The notes beneath the pieces are model-generated. The model did no database searches. It saw only the letters and a list, made by a program, of their open reading frames with translations, and was not told where the DNA came from. The position numbers and the translations under genes are program-made. Of a stretch of 64,000 bases of DNA, positions 56,761 to 64,000 are shown in pieces; the stretch's first letter is position 1, and every line of letters starts with the position of its first letter. The stretch is from the human T2T-CHM13v2.0 reference genome, Homo sapiens, in the NCBI RefSeq assembly GCF_009914755.1, contig NC_060948.1. One strand, written 5' to 3'.

Positions 56761-59700
56761 TCAAAAGGAATGTAATGGAATGGATTGGACTGGAATGCAA
56801 TGGACTCGAATAGATTGGAAACGGAATGCAAAGGAATGGAATGGAATAGTATGGAATGGAATGGAAAGGAATGCAGTGGAATAGACTAGAGTGGAATGGA
56901 ATGGACTGGAAAGCAATGGACTGGAATGGAACTTTATTGAATGGACTGGAATCAAACGGAATGGAATGCAATGCAATCAAATGGCATGGAATAAAATAGA
57001 ATGAAAGAGAATCAAATGGAATTGAATCGAATGGAATCGAATGGATTGGAAAGGAATAGAATGGAATGGAATGGAATTGACTCAAATGGAATGGACTAGA
57101 ATGGAATGGATTCGAATGGAAGGCAAAGGAATGGAATCTATTGGAATGGACTGTAATGGAATGGAATGGAAGGGATTGGAATGGACTCGAATGGAATGGA
57201 CTGCAATAGAAAGGATTCGAATGGAATGAAAAAGAATTGGATGGAATAGAACAGAATGGAATCAAATCGAATGAAATGGAATGGAATAGAAAGGAATGGA
57301 ATGAAATGGAATGGAAAGGATTCGAATGGAATGCAATCGAATGGAATGGAATCGAACGGAATGGAATAAAATGGAAGAAAACTGGCAAGAAATGGAATCG
57401 AAATGAATGGAGTGTTATGGAACGGACTCAAAAGGAATTGAATGTAATAGAATGGAGTGGAGTGGACTCGAATATAATGGACTGGAATGGAATGAAATCA
57501 CATGGAATGGGAACGAATGGAATGGAATGGAAAGGAATGGAATCGAATGTAAAGGAATCGAATGGAAGGGAATGAAATTGAATCAACAGGAATGGAAGGG
57601 AATAGAATAGACGGTAATGGAATGGACTCGAATAGAATGGACACGAATGCTCAAATTGAATGGACTCGAATGGAATGGAAACGAAAGGAATGTCATCGAA
57701 TGGAATTGAATCGATTGGAATGAAATCGCATAGAATGGAGTGGAATCAAATGGAATTGAATCGAAAGGAAAGGAAGCGAATGGACTGAAATGAAATGGAA
57801 TGGAATTGAATGGAAAGTAATGCAATGGAATAGAATGGAACGAAATTTCACGGAATGGAATCAAACTGAATGGAATCAAACCAATGGAATCAAATCAAAT
57901 GGAATGGAAAGGAATTGAATGGAGTAGATTGGATTGGATGGGATTGGAATGAAATGTACTGGAAAGGACTCGAATTTCATGAAACGGAATGGAATGAATT
58001 GGAACGGAACGGACTCGAATGGAATGGAATGTCATGGAATGGCATCAAATGGAATGGCATCAAATGGAATGGAATCGAATGCAATGGAATGCTATGGAAT
58101 GGAATGGAATGCATTTTAATGGAATGTCCTCTAATGGAATGGATTCGAGTGGAATGGAATCGAATATAATGGAGTCGAATGAAATGGAATTGAAAGGAAT
58201 GGGATCGAATACAATGGAATATACTGGAATGTAATGTAATGAACTCGAATGTAATTGACTGGAATGGAATGTACGTGAATGGAATGTAATCGAATGGAAA
58301 GTAATCCAATGGAATAGAATCTAATGCAATAAAATCGACTCAGATAGAGTAGAATGTAATGGAATGGAGTGCAGTGCAATGGAATGGAATGGAATGGAAT
58401 GCAATGGAATGGAATGGAATGGAATGGAATGGAATGGAATGGTGTGGAATGGATAGTAATGGACTGGAGTGAAATGGACTGGAAAGGAATGGACTCAAAT
58501 TGAATGGGCTCGAAAGGAATGGAGTCAAATGGAATGGTCTGGAATGGAATGAACACGAATGTAATGCAATCCAATAGAATGGAATCGAATGGCATGGAAT
58601 ATAAAGAAATGGAATCGAAGAGAATGGAAACAAATGGAATGGAATTGAGTGGAATGGAATTGAATGGAATGGGAACGAATGGAGTGAAATTGTATGCAGT
58701 AGAAGAGAATAGAATGGAATGCAAGCGAAAGGAAAGGAATGGATTGGAATGGAATGGAATTCATTGGAATGGAAGGGAATGTAGTGTAATGGACAGGCCT
58801 GGAATAAAGTGGAATGCTACGGTCTCGAATGGAATAAAAATGTATGGAATGGAATGCAATGAAATGGAATCGAATGTCATAGAATGTAATGGAATGCAAA
58901 AAAATGGAATCCAAAATCATTGACTGGAAAGGCTGGGTGTCGAAAGGAATTGACTCCAATGGAATGGAATCGAATGGAATGGAAGTGAATAGAATCGAAC
59001 TAAATCGAATGGAATGGAATTGATAGCAACGGAATGGAAAGGAATGCAATGATTTGGCATGGAATGGAATCGAATGGCATCGAATGGAATGGAATGGAAT
59101 GCAATGGAATGGAATGTATTAGAATGTAATGAACTTTAATGGAATGTACTCGAATGGATTCGACTGGAATGGAATGTTCTGGAAGTGAATGGACTCCAAT
59201 GGAATGGATTCAAAAGGAATGGAATCGTACGGAATGGAATCTAATGGAATGGAATTAAATGGAAATGAATCAAATTGAATAGCACGGAATTGAATTGAAT
59301 GGAATGGAATGCAATGGAATCTAATGAAACGGAAAGGAAAGGAATGGAATGGAATGGAATGGGCTGGAATGGAAAGGAATCGAAACGAATGGAATGGAAT
59401 CGAACTGAAGAGACTGGAATGGAATGCACTGGAATGGAAGGGAGTGTAATGGAAGCTTCTCGAAAAAAATGGAATGGAATGGAATGGAATTGAATGGAAC
59501 GGAATAGAGTCGAATGGAATTGAATGGAATGGAATGGACTAGAGTGAAATGGAATCGAACCACAAGGAATGGACAGGAATAGAATGGTCTCGAATTGAAT
59601 GGAATCGTATGGAATGGCATCAAACGGAATGGAATGGACAGCCACGGAATAGAATGCACTCGAATGCAATGGAGTCGAAACTAATGGACTGGAATAGAAT

Positions 59701-60309
59701 GGACTCGACTGGTACGGACTCCAATGGAATGGAATCGAATGGAAGGGAATCGAACGGAATGGACTCGAAGGGACAAGACTGCAATGGAAAGGTCTCGAAT
59801 GGAATGGAAATTAATGGAATGGAATGGAATCGAATGAAATGGAGTCAAAAGGAATGGAATCGAATGGCAAGAAATCGAATGTAATGGAATCGCAAGGAAT
59901 TGATGTGAACGGAACGGAATGGAATGGAATCCAAAGGAATGGAATAGAATGGAATGGAATCGAATGGAAAGGACTCGAATGGAAATCACTCGAATAGAAT
60001 GCAATTTAATAAAATAGGATCAAATGTAATGGAATGGAATGGAAAGGAATCGAAACGAAAGGAATGGAGACAGATGGAATGGAATGGAACAGAGAGCAAT
60101 GGTATAGAATGGAATGGAATCATCTGGAATGGAATTGAATGGAATGGAATAATATGAAATGGAATGGAATGGAATGGAATGGAATGCCCTTGAATTAAAT
60201 GGACTGGAATGGAATGGACTCGAACAGAGTGGAATGGAAAGTGTTGAGATAGAATGGAATGGACTCCTTTGGAATGGTCTAGTATGCAATGCAATCGACT
60301 GGTAGGGAA
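56761..60309 (+). repeat. DYZ1 unit 17 (3549 bp; D start, unit-7-like end)
   Basis: Anchor spacing. D markers to ~58120, then ATTGAGTGG and GGTAGGGAAT as in unit 7. Confidence 0.88.
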
Positions 60310-63300
60310 TCAAAAGGAATGTAATCGAATGGATTGGACTGGAATGCAATGGACTCGAATAGATTGGAAACGGAATGCAAAGGAATGGAATGGAATAGTA
60401 TGGAATGGAATGGAAAGGAATGGAGTGGAATAGACTAGAGTGGAATGGAATGGACTGGAAAGCAATGGACTGGAATGGAACTTTCTTGAATGGACTGGAA
60501 TCAAACGGAATGGAATGCAATGCAATCAAATGGCATGGAATAAAATAGAATGAAAGAGAATCAAATGGAATTGAATCGAATGGAATCGAATGGATTGGAA
60601 AGGAATAGAATGGAATGGAATGGAATTGACTCAAATGGAATGGACTAGAATGGAATGGATTCGAATGGAAGGCAAAGGAATGGAATCTATTGGAATGGAC
60701 TGTAATGGAATGGAATGGAAGGGATTGGAATGGACTCGAATGGAATGGACTGCAATAGAAAGGATTCGAATGGAATGAAAAAGAATTGAATGGAATAGAA
60801 CAGAATGGAATCAAATCGAATGAAATGGAATGGAATAGAAAGGAATGGAATGAAATGGAATGGAAAGGATTCGAATGGAATGCAATCGAATGGAATGGAA
60901 TCGAATGGAATGGAATAAAATGGAAGAAAACTGGCAAGAAATGGAATCGAAATGAATGGAGTGTTATGGAACGGACTCAAAAGGAATTGAATGTAATAGA
61001 ATGGAGTGGAGTGGACTCGAATATAATGGACTGGAATGGAATGAAATCACATGGAATGGGAACGAATGGAATGGAATGGAAAGGAATGGAATCGAATGGA
61101 AAGGAATCGAATGGAAGGGAATGAAATTGAATCAACAGGAATGGAAGGGAATAGAATAGACGGTAATGGAATGGACTCGAATAGAATGGACACGAATGCT
61201 CAAATTGAATGGACTCGAATGGAATGGAAACGAAAGGAATGTCATCGAATGGAATTGAATCGATAGGAATGAAATCGCATAGAATGGAGTGGAATCAAAT
61301 GGAATTGAATCGAAAGGAAAGGAAGCGAATGGACTGAAATGAAATGGAATGGAATTGAATGGAAAGTAATGCAATGGAATAGAATGGAACGAAATTTCAC
61401 GGAATGGAATCAAACTGAATGGAATCAAATCAATGGAATCTAATCAAATGGAATGGAAAGGAATTGAATGGAGTAGATTGGATTGGATGGGATTGGAATG
61501 AAATGTACTGGAAAGGACTCGAATTTCATGAAACGGAATGGAATGAATTGGAACGGAATGGACTCGAATGGAATGGAATGTCATGGAATGGCATCAAATG
61601 GAATGGCATCAAATGGAATGGAATCGAATGCAATGGAATGCTATGGATTGGAATGGAATGCATTGGAATGGAACGTCCTCTAATGGAATGGATTCGAGTG
61701 GAATGGAATCGAATATAATGGAGTCGAATGAAATGGAATTGAAAGGAATGGGATCGAATAGAATGGAATATACTGAAATGTAATGTAATGAACTCGAATG
61801 TAATTGACTGGAATGGAATGTACATGAATGGAATGTAATCGAATGGAAAGTAATCCAATGGAATAGAATCTAATGCAATAAAACCGACTCAGATAGAGTA
61901 GAATGTAATGGAATGGAGTGCAGTGCAATGGAATGGAATGGAATTGAATGCAATGGAATGGAATGGAATGGAATGGAATGGAATGGAATGGAATGGGATG
62001 GAATGGTATGGAATGGATAGTAATGGACTGGAGTGAAATGGACTGGAAAGGAATGGACTCAAATTGAAAGGGCTCGAAAGGAATGGAGTCAAATGGAATG
62101 GTCTGGAATGGAATGAACACGAATGTAATGCAATCCAATAGAATGGAAACGAATGGCATGGAATATAAATAAATGGAATCGAAGAGAATGGAAACAAATG
62201 GAATGGAATTGAATGGAATGGAATTGAATGGAATGGGAACGAATGGAGTGAAATTGTATGCAGTAGAAGGGAATAGAATGGAATGCAAGCGAAAGGAAAG
62301 GAATGGATTGGAATGGAATGGAATTCATTGGAATGGAAGGGAATGTAGTGTAATGGACAGGCCTGGAATAAAGTGGAATGCTACGGTCTCGAATGGAATA
62401 AAAATGTATGGAATGGAATGCAATGAAACGGAATCGAATGTCATAGAATGTAATGGAATGCAACAAAATGGAATCCAAAATCATTGACTGGAAAGGCTGG
62501 GTGTCGAAAGGAATTGACTCCAATGGAATGGAATCGAATGGAATGGAAGTGAATAGAATCGAACTAAATCGAATGGAATGGAATTGATAGGAACGGAATG
62601 GAAAGGAATGCAATGATTTGGCATGGAATGGAATCGAATGGCATCGAATGGAATGGAATGGAATGCAATGGAATGGAATGTATTAGAATGTAATGAACTT
62701 TAATGGAATGTACTCGAATGGATTCGACTGGAATGGAATGTTCTGGAAGTGAATGGACTCCAATGGAATGGATTCAAAAGGAATGGAGTCGTACGGAATG
62801 GAATCTAATGGAATGGAATTAAATGGAAATGAATCAAATTGAATAGCACGGAATTGAATTGAATGGAATGGAATGCAATGGAATCTAATGAAATGGAAAG
62901 GAAAGGAATGCAATGGAATGGAATGGGCTGGAATGGAAAGGAATCGAAACGAATGGAATGGAATCGAACTGAAGAGACTGGAATGGAATGCACTGGAATG
63001 GAAGGGAGTGTAATGGAAGGTTCTCGAAAAAAATGGAATCGAATGGAATGGAATTGAATGGAACGGAATAGAGTCGAATGGAATTGAATGGAATGGAATG
63101 GACTAGAGTGAAATGGAATCGAACCACAAGGAATGGACAGGAATAGAATGGTCTCGAATTGAATGGAATCGTATGGAATGGCATCAAACGGAATGGAATG
63201 GACAGCCACGGAATGGAATGCACTCGAATGCAATGGAGTCGAAACTAATGGACTGGAATAGAATGGACTCGACTGGTACGGACTCCAATGGAAGGGAATC

Positions 63301-63873
63301 GAATGGAAGGGAATCGAACGGAATGGACTTGAAGGGAAAAGACTGCAATGGAAAGGTCTCGAATGGAATGGAAATTAATGGAATGGAATGGAATCGAATG
63401 AAATGGAGTCAAAAGGAATGGAATCGAATGGCAAGAAATCGAATGTAATGGAATCGCAAGGAATTGATGTGAACGGAACGGAATGGAATGGAATCCAAAG
63501 GAATGGAATAGAATGGAATGGAATCGAATGGAAAGGACTCGAATGGAAATCACTCGAATAGAATGCAATTTAATAAAATAGGATCAAATGTAATGGAATG
63601 GAATGGAAAGGAATCGAAACGAAAGGAATGGAGACAGATTTAATGGAATAGAACAGAGAGCAATGGTATAGAATGGAATGGAATCATCTGGAATGGAATT
63701 GAATGGAATGGAATAATATGAAATGGAATGGAATGGAATGGAATGGAATGCCCTTGAATTAAATGGACTGGAATGGAATGGACTCGAACAGAGTGGAATG
63801 GAAAGTGTTGAGATAGAATGGAATGGACTCGTTTGGAATGGTCTAGTATGCAATGCAATCGACTGGCAGGGAA
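60310..63873 (+). repeat. DYZ1 unit 18 (3564 bp)
   Basis: Anchor spacing 60310 to 63874. Confidence 0.9.
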
Positions 63874-64000
63874 TCAAAAGGAATGTAATCGAATGGATTG
63901 GACTGGAATGCAATGGACTCGAATAGATTGCAAACGGAATGCAAAGGAATGGAATGGAATAGTATGGAATGGAGTGGAAAGGAAAGGAGTGGAATAGACT
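63874..64000 (+). repeat. DYZ1 unit 19 (partial, truncated by window end)
   Basis: Anchor TCAAAAGGAATGTAATCG at 63874. Confidence 0.85.

Larger units (their letters stand above)
1..64000 (+). repeat. DYZ1: Human Satellite III (HSat3) DYZ1 tandem array, Yq12 heterochromatin: degenerate (GGAAT)n with ~3.55 kb unit
   Basis: GGAAT-derived pentamers run throughout. Unique landmarks (GGACAGGCCTGGAATAAAGTGG, GAAAGGCTGGGTGTCG, GCCCTTGAATTAAATGG) recur every 3509-3569 bp, and three units are exactly 3564 bp, the classical DYZ1 length. One EcoRI and one HaeIII site per unit. Matches recalled DYZ1 primer sites. Confidence 0.96.

Noticed and set aside
1-64000. CRISPR array or other prokaryotic or phage repeat system
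   Set aside because: No repeat-spacer structure, no unique spacers and no cas or other genes. The sequence is a human satellite.
1-64000. HSat2, telomeric repeat or alpha satellite
   Set aside because: GGAAT dominates without the HSat2 ATCATCGAATGG-type 23/26-bp pattern. There is no TTAGGG and no 171-bp monomer.
1-64000. DYZ1-derived non-coding transcripts reported from testis
   Set aside because: No promoter, exon or transcript boundary can be assigned to this window from sequence alone.

Overview
The whole 64 kb window is one uninterrupted tandem array of human Satellite III (HSat3), specifically the Y-chromosome DYZ1 repeat of Yq12 heterochromatin. It consists of degenerate (GGAAT)n pentamers on the + strand ((ATTCC)n on the - strand), organised into about 3.55 kb units: 18 complete units of 3509-3569 bp plus the start of a 19th, all in the same orientation. 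Each unit normally has one EcoRI and one HaeIII/StuI site and contains the recalled DYZ1 sexing-PCR primer sites. I see no genes, RNA genes, transposons, DYZ2/Alu blocks or CRISPR arrays, and all ORFs in the track are artefacts of translating the pentamer (MEWNG / IPFHS). I found no new gene system. The points of interest are structural and regulatory. (i) Three perfect three-unit heat-shock elements (nGAAnnTTCnnGAAn) sit at fixed positions in each unit. (ii) Every unit length is 4 mod 5, caused by four fixed register slips. (iii) Shared variants record a readable history of recent duplications and haplotype switches. (iv) A hypervariable site lies near the inferred switch points. All comparisons were made by eye.
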